Shown here: piece after piece, positions 46,143-56,001 of the stretch
Layout of the letters: each line of letters begins with the position of its first letter
How positions within the stretch are numbered: position 1 is the first letter of the stretch
Source: an uncultured delta proteobacterium
GTDB taxonomy: Bacteria; Myxococcota_A; Polyangia; Fen-1088
NCBI GenBank assembly: GCA_963767925.1
Contig: CAVYGB010000006.1
Coordinates: forward strand, 128,001-192,000
Direction: 5' to 3'
Length of the DNA stretch: 64,000 bases
Program-made: the position numbers and the translations under genes
Notes under the pieces: model-generated
The model's database searches: none
What the model was told of the DNA's origin: nothing
The model's input: only the letters and a program-made list of their open reading frames with translations

Positions 46143-46903
46143 AGGTCTACGTGATCGGGGCGGGGCCGGGCGACCCGGGGCTGTTGACCCTGCGGGGGGC
46201 CGAGCTGATCGGGCGCTGCCCGGTGGTGCTGTACACCGGCTCGCTGGTGCCGCCCGAGGTCGTGGCGCGGGCCCGGGCCGACGCGCGCGTGCTGGACTCG
46301 TCGGGGATGACCCTCGACGAGATCGTCGCCGTCATCGTGGAAGCGCGCGACGCCGACCAGGACGTGGCCCGGGTGCACACCGGCGACCCCAGCCTGTTCG
46401 GATCGACGGCCGAGCAGATGCGGCGGCTGGAGGCCCTGGGCATCGCCTGCGAGGTGGTGCCGGGGGTCTCCTCCTTCAGCGCGGCGGCGGCGGCCCTCGG
46501 CAAGGAGCTGACCCTGCCCGAGCTGTCGCAGACCGTGATCCTCACCCGCGTCGAGGGGCGCACGCCGATGCCCCCGGGCGAGAAGCTGGCCGACCTGGCC
46601 CAGCACGGCGCCACCCTGGCCCTGTTTCTCAGCATCACCCTGCTCGACGAGGTGGCCCGGACGCTGATCCCGGCCTACGGCGCGGACTGCCCGGTCGCGG
46701 TCGTGCACCGGGCGAGCTGGCCCGATCAGAAGATCGTCACCGGCACCCTGGCCGACATCCACGCCAAGGTGAAGGCGGCCCGCATCCGCACCCAGTCGAT
46801 GATCCTGGTGGGCCGGGTCCTCACCGCGACCGACTTCGCCAACTCCCGCCTGTACGACCCCAGCTTCAGCCACCGCTACCGAAAGGCCCGGAGGACGCCA
46901 TGA
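46139..46903 (+). CDS. cbiF: Precorrin-4 C11-methyltransferase
   Basis: VYVIGAGPGDPGLLT, LYTGSLV, RVHTGDPS, ELT.PELSQTVI, SRLYD..F.H.YR. Confidence 0.95.
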   Translation: MKVYVIGAGPGDPGLLTLRGAELIGRCPVVLYTGSLVPPEVVARARADARVLDSSGMTLDEIVAVIVEARDADQDVARVHTGDPSLFGSTAEQMRRLEALGIACEVVPGVSSFSAAAAALGKELTLPELSQTVILTRVEGRTPMPPGEKLADLAQHGATLALFLSITLLDEVARTLIPAYGADCPVAVVHRASWPDQKIVTGTLADIHAKVKAARIRTQSMILVGRVLTATDFANSRLYDPSFSHRYRKARRTP

Positions 46904-47481
46904 AGGAAGGCAAATCCGAGGGCAACTCCGAGGGGCCGTCCCGGGAGGGATCCGAGGCGGCGCCGGAGCGGGGCCTGCTGATGGTCTACACCGGGCAGGG
47001 CAAGGGCAAGACCACGGCGGCGCTGGGCCTGTGCTTCCGGGCGCTGGGGCGGGGGATGAAGGTGGCGATGATCCAGTTCATCAAGGGCAAGTGGAAGACC
47101 GGCGAGCGCCTGTTCGCCGAGCGGCTGCCCGAGCTGACCTTCCTGGTGATGGGGCGCGGCTTCACCTGGAACAGCGACGACCTGTCGAAGGACAAGGAGG
47201 CCGCCCAGGCGGCCTGGGAGCAGGCCCGGGCGCTCATCGCCGGCGGCGAACACGCCCTGGTGATCCTCGACGAGCTGACCTACGTCCTCAACTACGGCTT
47301 CGTCCCGCTGGCCGACGTGCTGGCGGCGCTGGAGCAGCGGCCGCCGCAGGTGCACGTCGTGATCACCGGGCGCAACGCCCCCGAAGCGCTGGTGGCCCGC
47401 GCCGACCTCGTCACCGACATGCAGAACGTCAAGCACCCGTTCAGCCAGGGCCGGGCTGCCCAGCTCGGGATCGACTACTGA
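46900..47481 (+). CDS. cobO: Cob(I)yrinic acid a,c-diamide adenosyltransferase (CobO/BtuR)
   Basis: YTGQGKGKTTAALG, QFIKG, ILDEL, VITGR, KHPF..G..A..GIDY. Confidence 0.95.
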   Translation: MKEGKSEGNSEGPSREGSEAAPERGLLMVYTGQGKGKTTAALGLCFRALGRGMKVAMIQFIKGKWKTGERLFAERLPELTFLVMGRGFTWNSDDLSKDKEAAQAAWEQARALIAGGEHALVILDELTYVLNYGFVPLADVLAALEQRPPQVHVVITGRNAPEALVARADLVTDMQNVKHPFSQGRAAQLGIDY

Positions 47482-47486
47482 CCGCC

Positions 47487-48956
47487 ATGAGCGCCGCCCA
47501 TCGCCGGATCCCGCGCATCGTTGTGGCGGGCACCAGCAGCGGGGTGGGCAAGACGAGCGCGGTGGTGGGGCTGTGCCGGGCGCTGCGGGCCCGCGGCCTT
47601 GTCGTGGCCCCCTTCAAGTGTGGACCCGACTACCTCGACCCCACCTACCACGCGCGGGCCTGCGGCCGGACCTGCCACAACCTCGACGGCTGGCTGATGG
47701 GCAAGCGCGCCGCCCTCGAGACCTTCGTGGCCGGGGCGGCGGGCGCCGACATCGCCGTGATCGAGGGGGTGATGGGCCTTTACGACGGCGCCTCCCCCAC
47801 CGAGGAGGCGGGATCGACCGCCGAGCTGGCCAAGTGGCTGGAGGCGCCGGTGCTGCTGGTGCTCGACGCGGGCGGCATGGCCCGCACCATCGCCGCGGTG
47901 GCAGGCGGCTTCGTGGCGTTCGACCCCGCCCTGGCGCTGGCGGGCGTCATCGCCAACCGGGTGGGCAGCCGGAGCCACCTGCAGCTCCTCGGGGAGGCGC
48001 TGCGCCGCCCGCCGGTGCTGGGCGGCTTCCCGGTGGCCGAAGGCCAGGCCTTCGCCAGCCGCCACCTGGGCCTGCGCACCGCCGATCGGGCGGCGGTCCC
48101 CGAGGAGCGTCTCGACGCCTGGGGCAGCCTGGTCGAGCAATGGTGGAACCTCGACGCGGTCCTGGCCCTCGCCCGCCAGGCCGCCGACCCGTCGCGCACC
48201 GCCGATACGCCCGCACCCACCGCCGCCGCCCCCGCACCCACCGCCGCCAGCCCGCCGCCCGCCCGCCCGCGCTGCCGCATCGGCTACGCGCTCGATGAGG
48301 CGTTTCATTTCTATTACGAAGACAACCTGCGCCGGCTGGCCGGGCTGGGCGCCGAGCTGGTGCCGTTTTCGCCGCTCCGGGACCGGCGTTTGCCCGAGGT
48401 GGACGGCCTGTACCTCGGCGGCGGCTACCCGGAGGTGCACGCGGCGACGCTGGCCGCCAACCGGGAGCTGGCCGCCGCCATCGGCGAATTTGCGCGGAGG
48501 GGACGTCCGGTCTACGCGGAATGCGGCGGCCTCATGTATCTTGCGCAAGCCATCGTGACCACCGAAGGAACCGCACATCCCATGGTTGGCTTGCTCCCCG
48601 GGCAAGCCGTCGTCTCCCCCCGCCTCGAAGCGCTCGGCTACGTCGAGGTCGAGCTCCAGCAGCCCTCGATCCTCGGGCCACCCGGCCTGCGCTTCCGGGG
48701 CCACCAGTTCCGCTACTCCCGCCTCGTCGGCGTCGGTGACGGCGCCGGCACCGGGGCAAGCGCCAGCGCCGAGGCAGGCGCCAGCGCCGACCGGGTCTAC
48801 TCCGTGCGCCGCCGCCGCGGCGGCGAGGTGACCCGCGAGGGCTACCGGGCCGGGACCGTCCTCGGCAGCTACGTGCACGCCCACTGGGCCTCCAACCCCC
48901 TCCTCGCCGAGCACCTCGTGCAAAGTTGCGCCTCCGGGGCCGGAGGGGGACGATGA
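47487..48956 (+). CDS. cbiA: Cobyrinate a,c-diamide synthase
   Basis: SGVGKT, FKCGPDYLDP, EGVMGLYDG, SRHLGL, AFHFYY, GGGYPE, AECGG.MYL. Confidence 0.95.
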   Translation: MSAAHRRIPRIVVAGTSSGVGKTSAVVGLCRALRARGLVVAPFKCGPDYLDPTYHARACGRTCHNLDGWLMGKRAALETFVAGAAGADIAVIEGVMGLYDGASPTEEAGSTAELAKWLEAPVLLVLDAGGMARTIAAVAGGFVAFDPALALAGVIANRVGSRSHLQLLGEALRRPPVLGGFPVAEGQAFASRHLGLRTADRAAVPEERLDAWGSLVEQWWNLDAVLALARQAADPSRTADTPAPTAAAPAPTAASPPPARPRCRIGYALDEAFHFYYEDNLRRLAGLGAELVPFSPLRDRRLPEVDGLYLGGGYPEVHAATLAANRELAAAIGEFARRGRPVYAECGGLMYLAQAIVTTEGTAHPMVGLLPGQAVVSPRLEALGYVEVELQQPSILGPPGLRFRGHQFRYSRLVGVGDGAGTGASASAEAGASADRVYSVRRRRGGEVTREGYRAGTVLGSYVHAHWASNPLLAEHLVQSCASGAGGGR

Positions 48957-50057
48957 GCGCCCCCCGCGAGCACGGTGGTCTGGTGGCCGAGGAGCTCGCC
49001 CGCCTGGGCCTGCGCGCCTCGGACATCCTCGACTTCAGCGTCAACGTGAACCCCTACGGCCCCTCGCCGGCGGTGATCGCCGCCGCCCGGGCCGCGCCGA
49101 TCGACCGTTACCCCGACCCGACCGCGACCGAGCTGCGCCAGGCGCTGGCCCGGCTGCACGAGGTCCAGCCCGACGCCATCGTGGCCGGCAACGGCGCCGC
49201 CGATCTCCTCTGGACCCTGGCCCGCGCCCTGTGCCGCCCGCGCGACGCCGTGCTGGTCGTCGAGCCGACCTTCGCCGAGTTCCGCAGCGCCGCCACCGCC
49301 GTGGGGGCGGAGGTGATCGAGTGGCGGGCCTCCCCGGCCCGGGACTTCGCCGTCGACCTCTCGGAGGTGGAGCGCCTGCTGGGCCGGGCCGGCGCCCGCG
49401 TCCTCTACCTGTGCAGCCCGGGCAGCCCCAGCGGGTCCCACCTGCCGGTCGCCGACATCGCCGCCCTGGCCAGCCGCCTGCCGCGCGTGACGATCGTGCT
49501 CGACCAGGCCTTCGTGACCCTCAGCGAGCACCACCGCGACATCGAGCGTGCCGGTCCCGCCCAACGTCGTGAGGGTGCGCTCGCTGACCAAGGACCACGC
49601 CATCCCGGGCCTGCGGCTCGGCTACCTGGTGGCTCCGCCCGCCTTCTCCCGGCGGATCGAGGCCGGCCGGCCCCCCTGGACCACCAGCGCCATCGCCCAG
49701 GCCGCCGGCCTGGCCGCCGTGAAAGACGAGGCCTTCATCGAGAGCTCCCGGGAACGCCTGCTGGCCGATCGGCGCGCCCTGCAGGCCGAGCTGACCGAGC
49801 TGGGGCTGCAGCCGGTGCCGAGCTGCACCGGGTTCGTGGTGGTGCCGGTGCCCGCCGCCAGCGGGGACGGGCAGGAGCTGCGCAGCCGCCTGCTCGGCCG
49901 CCGCATCCTCGTGCGCAACTGCGCCTCGTTCGGCCTGCCCCGCCACATCCGGATCGCCGCCCGTCCGGCCGCCGACCGCGCGCAGCTCCTGGCCGCCCTG
50001 CGCGAGGTCGCCTTCGACGACGGCGCCCTGCGGACGGCGCGGCTGGCCGGCGGCTGA
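48953..50057 (+). CDS. cobD: Threonine-phosphate decarboxylase (PLP class I/II), frameshifted near 49545
   Basis: HGG, DFSVNVNPYG, YPDP, GNGA, PTFAE, LDQAF; continues RSLTKDHAIPGLRLGY in another frame. Confidence 0.85.
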
Positions 50058-50063
50058 ACCGCG

Positions 50064-51602
50064 ATGAAGCTCGCGCCCGCCCTCATGGTCCAGGGCACCG
50101 CCTCCTCGGTGGGCAAGAGCCTCATCACCACCGCGCTCTGCCGCCTGTTCCGGCAGGAGGGCCTGCGGGTCCTCCCCTTCAAGTCGCAGAACATGGCCCT
50201 CAACTCCTTCGTCACCCCCGAAGGGGGCGAGATCGGCCGGGCTCAGGCCGTGCAGGCGGAGGCGGCCGGCGTGCCCCCCCACGTCGACATGAACCCCATC
50301 CTCCTCAAGCCCGAGGGGGACTCTCGCTCGCAGGTGGTGGTGCTGGGCCGGTCGATCGGCAGCCTGTCGGCCGTCGAATACCACCGCCGCAAGCCCGAGC
50401 TGCGCGCCCTCATCGCCGACTGCCTCGAGCGCCTGCGCCGCCGCTGCGACCTGCTGGTCATCGAGGGGGCGGGCAGCCCCGCCGAGATCAACCTGCGGGC
50501 CAACGACATCGTGAACATGCACGTGGCCCGGGCCGCCGGCGCCCGCGTCATCCTGGTGGGGGACATCGACCGGGGGGGCGTGTTCGCCGCCTTCGTGGGG
50601 ACGATCGAGCTGCTCGAGCCGGATGAGCGCCAGCGGCTGTGCGCCTTCCTGATCAACAAGTTCCGGGGCGACCGCGCCTTGCTCGAGCCGGGCCTGGACT
50701 TTCTCACCGGCCGCACCGGCTTGCCGGTGCTGGGGGTGCTGCCCTTCCTGCCCAACCTGCGCATCGCCGACGAGGACTCGCTGTCGCTCGACCACCGGCG
50801 GCTGCGGCGGCGGGCCGCCGCCGACGAGCTGGACATCGCCGTGATCCGGCTGCCCCGCATCTCCAACTTCGACGACTTCGACCCGCTCGATCACGAGCCC
50901 GGGGTGGCTCTCCGCTTCGTCGAAGATCCCCGCAGCCTGGCCGGCGCCGACCTGGTGGTGCTGCCGGGCTCCAAGAGCACGGTGGCCGACCTGGCCTGGC
51001 TGCGCCGCTCGGGCCTGGCCGAGGCGGTCGCCGCCCGGGCCGGCCGGGGCGAGGCCGTGCTGGGCATCTGCGGGGGCTGCCAGATGCTGGGCCTGTCGAT
51101 CGAGGACCCCGACGGATCCGAGTCGCCCGAGCCCCGGGTCGAAGGGCTGGGGCTCCTGCCCATCCGGACCCGCTTCCGGCGCGACAAGCTCACCGCCCAG
51201 GTGAAGGCCCGGCCCGACGCGCCCAGTTTCCTCACCGAGGGCCTGGGCCGCACCGCCGACCTGTCGGGCTACGAGATCCACATGGGGGAGGTCGAGGCCG
51301 CCGGCGCCGACCCCGCCCCCGCCTTCCAGATCCTGAGCCGCAACGCCGCTCCCCTGCAGGCCCCCGACGGCGCGGTCTCGCCCGACGGACGGGTGGTGGG
51401 GACCCTCATCCACGGCCTGTTCGAGAACGATGACCTGCGCGCCGCCCTGCTGGCCTCCCTGCGCCGGACCCGCGGCCTGCCCGCGCCGGCCGCCTCGACC
51501 GAGAAGCCCGACAAGCAGGCAGAATACGACCGCCTGGCGGCCAGCCTGCGCGAGCACGTCGACATGGCGCTGCTGCGCCGGGCGGCCAGCCTGCCGGCCT
51601 GA
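50064..51602 (+). CDS. cobQ: Cobyric acid synthase (CobQ/CbiP)
   Basis: QGTASSVGKS, PFKSQNMALNS, EGAGSPAEINL, DIDRGG, ISNFDDF, GYEIH.G. Confidence 0.96.
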   Translation: MKLAPALMVQGTASSVGKSLITTALCRLFRQEGLRVLPFKSQNMALNSFVTPEGGEIGRAQAVQAEAAGVPPHVDMNPILLKPEGDSRSQVVVLGRSIGSLSAVEYHRRKPELRALIADCLERLRRRCDLLVIEGAGSPAEINLRANDIVNMHVARAAGARVILVGDIDRGGVFAAFVGTIELLEPDERQRLCAFLINKFRGDRALLEPGLDFLTGRTGLPVLGVLPFLPNLRIADEDSLSLDHRRLRRRAAADELDIAVIRLPRISNFDDFDPLDHEPGVALRFVEDPRSLAGADLVVLPGSKSTVADLAWLRRSGLAEAVAARAGRGEAVLGICGGCQMLGLSIEDPDGSESPEPRVEGLGLLPIRTRFRRDKLTAQVKARPDAPSFLTEGLGRTADLSGYEIHMGEVEAAGADPAPAFQILSRNAAPLQAPDGAVSPDGRVVGTLIHGLFENDDLRAALLASLRRTRGLPAPAASTEKPDKQAEYDRLAASLREHVDMALLRRAASLPA

Positions 51603-51612
51603 CCGACGGGTC

Positions 51613-52089
51613 ATGAGCAAGACCAACGCCGCCCGCATCCTCGACCGACTGGGCATCCCCTACGAGCTGCGCGACTACCTGGTGGACGAGGACGACCTGT
51701 CGGCGGCCAACGTGGCCGCCAAGGTGGGCCTGCCCCTCGATCAGGTGTGGAAGACCCTCCTGGCCCGCGGCGACCGCAGCGGCCCGCTGTTCGCCGTCCT
51801 GCCCGGCAGCGGCGAGCTCGACCTCAAGGGGCTGGCCCGCCTCTCGGGCGACCGCAAGGTCGAGCTGGTGCCGCTCAAGGAGGTGCAGCCCCTGACCGGC
51901 TACATCCGCGGAGGGGTCACCGTCCTCGGCGCCCGCAAGGCCTTCCCCGTCTTCATCGACGAGACCATGGAGCTGTTCGATCGGGTGGCGGTCTCGGCCG
52001 GCGTGCGCGGCACCCAGATCGTCCTCGACCCGAAGGCCTACCTCCGGGCGGTGGCGGGCACCCTGGGGCCCATCGCCCAGATCCGGTGA
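51613..52089 (+). CDS. ybaK: Cys-tRNA(Pro) deacylase
   Basis: KTNAARILD, VWKTL, TGYIRGG, VSAGVRG.QI. Confidence 0.9.
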   Translation: MSKTNAARILDRLGIPYELRDYLVDEDDLSAANVAAKVGLPLDQVWKTLLARGDRSGPLFAVLPGSGELDLKGLARLSGDRKVELVPLKEVQPLTGYIRGGVTVLGARKAFPVFIDETMELFDRVAVSAGVRGTQIVLDPKAYLRAVAGTLGPIAQIR

Positions 52090-52102
52090 GCGGCGGTGCG
52101 CT

Positions 52103-52741
52103 TCAGAACGAAAGCGCGAGCACCGGCACCGTCACCTCGCCCGGCGCGCGCGCCCGGCGGCTCCGCTCCGGATCGAGCCGCCCCCGGCGCAGCGGCGGCG
52201 CCGCCGGCAGCCAGGCGACCGCGCTGGCCGCCCGCGGCTCCTTCCAGACGTGCCAGAAGATCATCGAGGTCACGGGCTGCACGATCAGCCAGGCCAGCGC
52301 CACGCCGCCCAGCCCCGCCCAGAACGCGCCCATGTCCATCTGGTCGTCCCCCAGGTAAGCCCCGATGACGAAGGCGGGGAAGATGGTGAGCGCGCCCAGG
52401 TAGGCCCCCAGGATGGGCGCGCCACAGCCGCCCGTGTAGCGCGGGCTGCGGCGACCCATCCAGCAGACCACCCCCCCGACCGCCGCGGGGGCGGCGAGCA
52501 CGGCCACCGGCGAGGCCGGCCCGATCAGCGCGGACGCCATGATCAGGAGGAACGCGAAGCCCCCGCCGAGCAGGACCTGCGCCCCGCCGATGACCGGCTC
52601 GCCCCCCCCGGGCGTCACGCTCGGAGCCAGCTCGGTCCGGGGTTGAGCCGCGGCGGGCCCCGCCGAAAACGAGAGCGCGGCGATCATCACCGGGACCAGC
52701 AACCTGCGCAGGGGGGAAGGGAAGCTCGTCGTACGCGACAT
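52103..52741 (-). CDS. Hypothetical membrane protein
   Basis: Signal-like N-terminus and several Gly-rich hydrophobic segments; start uncertain. Confidence 0.65.
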   Translation of the reverse strand: MSRTTSFPSPLRRLLVPVMIAALSFSAGPAAAQPRTELAPSVTPGGGEPVIGGAQVLLGGGFAFLLIMASALIGPASPVAVLAAPAAVGGVVCWMGRRSPRYTGGCGAPILGAYLGALTIFPAFVIGAYLGDDQMDMGAFWAGLGGVALAWLIVQPVTSMIFWHVWKEPRAASAVAWLPAAPPLRRGRLDPERSRRARAPGEVTVPVLALSF

Positions 52742-52893
52742 GCACCGACCTTCGCACGCCCTTGGGGACAGGGCCTGGGCTGCCTTCACGGGTCACATTT
52801 TTTGTCAGCCGGCTGGCGATGGCCAAATGCGACGTGTCGTCCCCGCCGCTCGCGCCGGCCGCGCCTCGGTGTAGACTTCCAGAGCCGGGAAAA

Positions 52894-54657
52894 ATGATCA
52901 GAGGGACACCGGTATCGTCGGGGATCGCCCAGGGCACAGCCTTCGTGGTCGCCTGCTCCGACAGCTCGGCCGCTCCCATGCGGCGCATCGCCGCGTCGGA
53001 GGTTCGGGGTGAGCAGGATCGCTTCGAGCGGGCGGTGGACCGTGCCGAGCAGGAGCTCGTCGCGCTCAAGGAGGCGGTCGGCCACCGGGTCGGCCCCAGC
53101 GAGGCCGACATCTTCACCGCCCAGGCGATGGTGCTGCGGGATCCCTCGTTTCACCAGCAGGTGCGGCGGCTGGTCGAGGAGAAGCAGGTCAACGTCGAGT
53201 CGGCCATCTCCGAGGTGATCGACAGCTTCACCAGGACCTTCGAGAAGATCCCCGACCCCTACCTGCGTGAGCGGGCGGCCGACATCCGCGACGTCGGCCG
53301 GCGCGTGCTGTCGACCCTCGCCGAGGGCCCCGGGCGCGATTGCGTCGACGTGCCCGAGGGGGCGGTGGTTGTCAGCGAGGAGCTGCTCCCCTCGGCCACC
53401 GCCCACCTCGAGCTGGCCGAGGTGCGCGCCTTCGTCACCGAGCGGGGGGGCAAGTTCTCGCACACCGCCATCCTGGCCCGCTCGATGGGCACCCCGGCCG
53501 TCTCGGGCGCGCCCGAGGTGACGACCCGGATCAAGACCGGCGACCGGCTCATCGTCGACGGGTTCGCCGGGCTGATCTACGTCAACCCCAACGACCGGGT
53601 GCGCTCGGAGTACGACCGGCTCGAGGCGGAGGTGCGGGCCTACAAGCAGGAGCTGCGGCAGCTGGTCAACCTCCCGGCCAGCACCCTCGATGGCACCGCC
53701 ATCGCGCTCTACGCCAACGTCAGCAAATACGCCGACACCGAGGCGGCGCTGATGTACAACGCCGAGGGGATCGGCCTTTATCGGACCGAGTTCGGATTCT
53801 CGGTGCGGCCGTCCTTCCCCACCGAGGACGAGCAATACGAGTTCCTCAAGCGGGCGGCCGAGCGGCTGCACCCGCGGCGGGTCGTGTTCCGCCTGCTCGA
53901 CCTGGGCGGCGACAAGGAGCTCTCGTATTTCCCCCTGCCGCACACCCGCAACCCCTCGCTGGCCGACCGGGGCATCCGCCTGCTCCTGAAACATCCGGAG
54001 ATCCTGCGGGCGCAGCTCCGGGCCTTCCTGCGGGTCAGCGGCGAGCACCCGGTCTCGGTGCTGCTGCCCGTGGTGGCCGGCCTGAGCGAGGTGCGCCGGG
54101 TGCGGGCCCTGCTGACCGAGGTGCAGGCCGAGCTGAGGAGCGAGGGCAAGGCCTTCGACGCCGCCATTCCCCTGGGGGCCATGATCGAGGTGCCGGCCGC
54201 CGCCCTGATCGCCGAGGCGCTGTCCCGGGAGGTCGACTTCTTCAGCCTGGGGACCAACGACCTCGTGCAGTACCTGCTGGCCGCCGACCGCCAGGACGAC
54301 AACGCCTCCACCTACTATCAGCCCCTGCACCCGGCCGTCCTGCAGCTCCTGTCCACCCTCGCCGCCACCTCGCAGCGGCTGGGCCGGAAGCTCACCCTGT
54401 GCGGCGAGATGGCGGGCGTCTCCGACTACACGGAGCTGCTGCTGGGCCTCGGCCTGCGCGAGCTCAGCGTGGCCCCCGGCGAGCTGCTCGACGTGAAGAA
54501 CGCCATTCGCAAGACCAGCCTCGACCGGGCCCACGCGCTCGCGCAGGCCGCGCTGGCCCTCGGCACCGCCGAGGAGGTAGAGGACCTGCTGGCCGCGCGC
54601 CGGCTGGAACAGGGGCCGGGTTCCTGGCGGGTCTCGGGCGAGCGGCTGAGCGGCTGA
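52894..54657 (+). CDS. ptsI: Phosphoenolpyruvate-protein phosphotransferase (PTS enzyme I)
   Basis: YLRERAADIRDV, GG..SHTAILAR, GIGLYRTEF, DLGGDK, MIEVP, SLGTNDL.QY, LCGEMAG. Confidence 0.93.
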   Translation: MIRGTPVSSGIAQGTAFVVACSDSSAAPMRRIAASEVRGEQDRFERAVDRAEQELVALKEAVGHRVGPSEADIFTAQAMVLRDPSFHQQVRRLVEEKQVNVESAISEVIDSFTRTFEKIPDPYLRERAADIRDVGRRVLSTLAEGPGRDCVDVPEGAVVVSEELLPSATAHLELAEVRAFVTERGGKFSHTAILARSMGTPAVSGAPEVTTRIKTGDRLIVDGFAGLIYVNPNDRVRSEYDRLEAEVRAYKQELRQLVNLPASTLDGTAIALYANVSKYADTEAALMYNAEGIGLYRTEFGFSVRPSFPTEDEQYEFLKRAAERLHPRRVVFRLLDLGGDKELSYFPLPHTRNPSLADRGIRLLLKHPEILRAQLRAFLRVSGEHPVSVLLPVVAGLSEVRRVRALLTEVQAELRSEGKAFDAAIPLGAMIEVPAAALIAEALSREVDFFSLGTNDLVQYLLAADRQDDNASTYYQPLHPAVLQLLSTLAATSQRLGRKLTLCGEMAGVSDYTELLLGLGLRELSVAPGELLDVKNAIRKTSLDRAHALAQAALALGTAEEVEDLLAARRLEQGPGSWRVSGERLSG

Positions 54658-54737
54658 GCGGTAAGCATCAGATTGTCGGGAAACCCGTGCACACCCACGG
54701 GAACCGTGAGACGTGCACGAAATTCTCCGCTCACCCC

Positions 54738-55511
54738 TCAGGCCTCCGCCGGCGCACCCACCGTGCGGGCCGCCTCCTCCAACGTATGCAGCTCCTCGAA
54801 CAGCCCCGGCAAGGGCAACTCGTCGGCCAGCGCCGCCGTCGTCGACTGCCGCAAGTCGACCGCCATCAACGCCGGCGCCAGGGCCTCCAGCCCGCCCAGG
54901 ATGGCCTCCAGCTTGGCCAGCAGCAACGACCGGCAGTTGTCGGCGTACTCGAGGGAGGCGAGCCGCCCGCCGAGCGCGCGCAGGGCGCTCTCGTATTCGA
55001 TCCGCGCCGGGGGAAGGGCCCGCGCCGCCATCCGCTCGACCCGGGCGATCTCCTCGCGCACCGGCGGGATGGGGTCCATCCCCAGGTAGCGGCTCACCCG
55101 CTCGAGCAGCCCGAGGAGGTGGACCGCGCTCCCCTCGAGCAGGCAGGCCCGCTCGAGCAGCGTCTCGGCGCTGGCCCGGGCATAAGGCGGCAAGCTCTTT
55201 TCCACCGCCAGCCGCTCGACGCGCGCCTTCTCGATCCGGCTCAGCAGATCGCGGGCCTGGCTGTCCGAGAGCGCGTGGCAAGAGGGCAAGGCAGGCGGCG
55301 CCCGCCGCAGATCGACCATCGCCTCGCGCCAGCGGTGGGGCCGCCCCAGGTCGACCGCCATCGCCACCAGGTATCCGCCGAGGGCCATGGCCCCCAGGGT
55401 CCCCGACTGCATCACGAGGGCGCTCAGGGCGGCGACGCCCGACAGGCTGAGACTCACCCGGTTGGTCGCCGCCCGGAACATGGCCCGCACCAGCACCTTT
55501 CCCCGTTGCAT
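54738..55511 (-). CDS. Hypothetical protein (N-terminal TM segments, helical C-terminus)
   Basis: GGAGG RBS upstream of ATG; 257 aa. Confidence 0.7.
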   Translation of the reverse strand: MQRGKVLVRAMFRAATNRVSLSLSGVAALSALVMQSGTLGAMALGGYLVAMAVDLGRPHRWREAMVDLRRAPPALPSCHALSDSQARDLLSRIEKARVERLAVEKSLPPYARASAETLLERACLLEGSAVHLLGLLERVSRYLGMDPIPPVREEIARVERMAARALPPARIEYESALRALGGRLASLEYADNCRSLLLAKLEAILGGLEALAPALMAVDLRQSTTAALADELPLPGLFEELHTLEEAARTVGAPAEA

Positions 55512-55647
55512 CGTACCTCCCGGCGTCTCCGCGATCGCCTCTCTACGAGGTGCGTCCGCCCCGCCCCCCCGCGCCGCTGGGCCGCCGAGATTCAGTGAAC
55601 GCCGTAGCCCAGGGCGGGCGCCGGCGTCCCCCGATAGAGGCCGGTTG

Positions 55648-56001
55648 CTAGGGACAGCCGGGACAGTGCTGCTGGACCGTGCTGAGGAGGCGGGCCATGT
55701 TCATCGGCTTTTTCATGATGAGCAGGCCGCTGGGCGCGCGCGAAGGATCGGAGGTCATCACGATGACCGGCACGTTGACCAGGCGGGGCTCCTGCTGCAT
55801 CGCCTGGTAGACCTCGTTGCCGCCCAGCACGGGCATCAGGAGATCCAGCAGGACCACGCAGGGGGCCTCCCCGTCGTGGAGACGGTCGAGGGCCTCCGCC
55901 CCGTTGGCCGCGGTGGCCACCGTGAAGCCCTCCTCCTGGAAGAACTCCTCCAGGGTCTCGCGGATCTCCCGCTCGTCGTCGACGATGAGCACTTTCTTCA
56001 T
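55648..56001 (-). CDS. Single-domain response regulator
   Basis: VLIVDDE, LLDLLMP, KKP; overlaps the kinase stop (ATGA). Confidence 0.9.
   Translation of the reverse strand: MKKVLIVDDEREIRETLEEFFQEEGFTVATAANGAEALDRLHDGEAPCVVLLDLLMPVLGGNEVYQAMQQEPRLVNVPVIVMTSDPSRAPSGLLIMKKPMNMARLLSTVQQHCPGCP

Noticed and set aside
51613..52089. ybaK as a cobalamin gene
   Set aside because: Well-known tRNA-editing family; adjacency alone gives no functional link.
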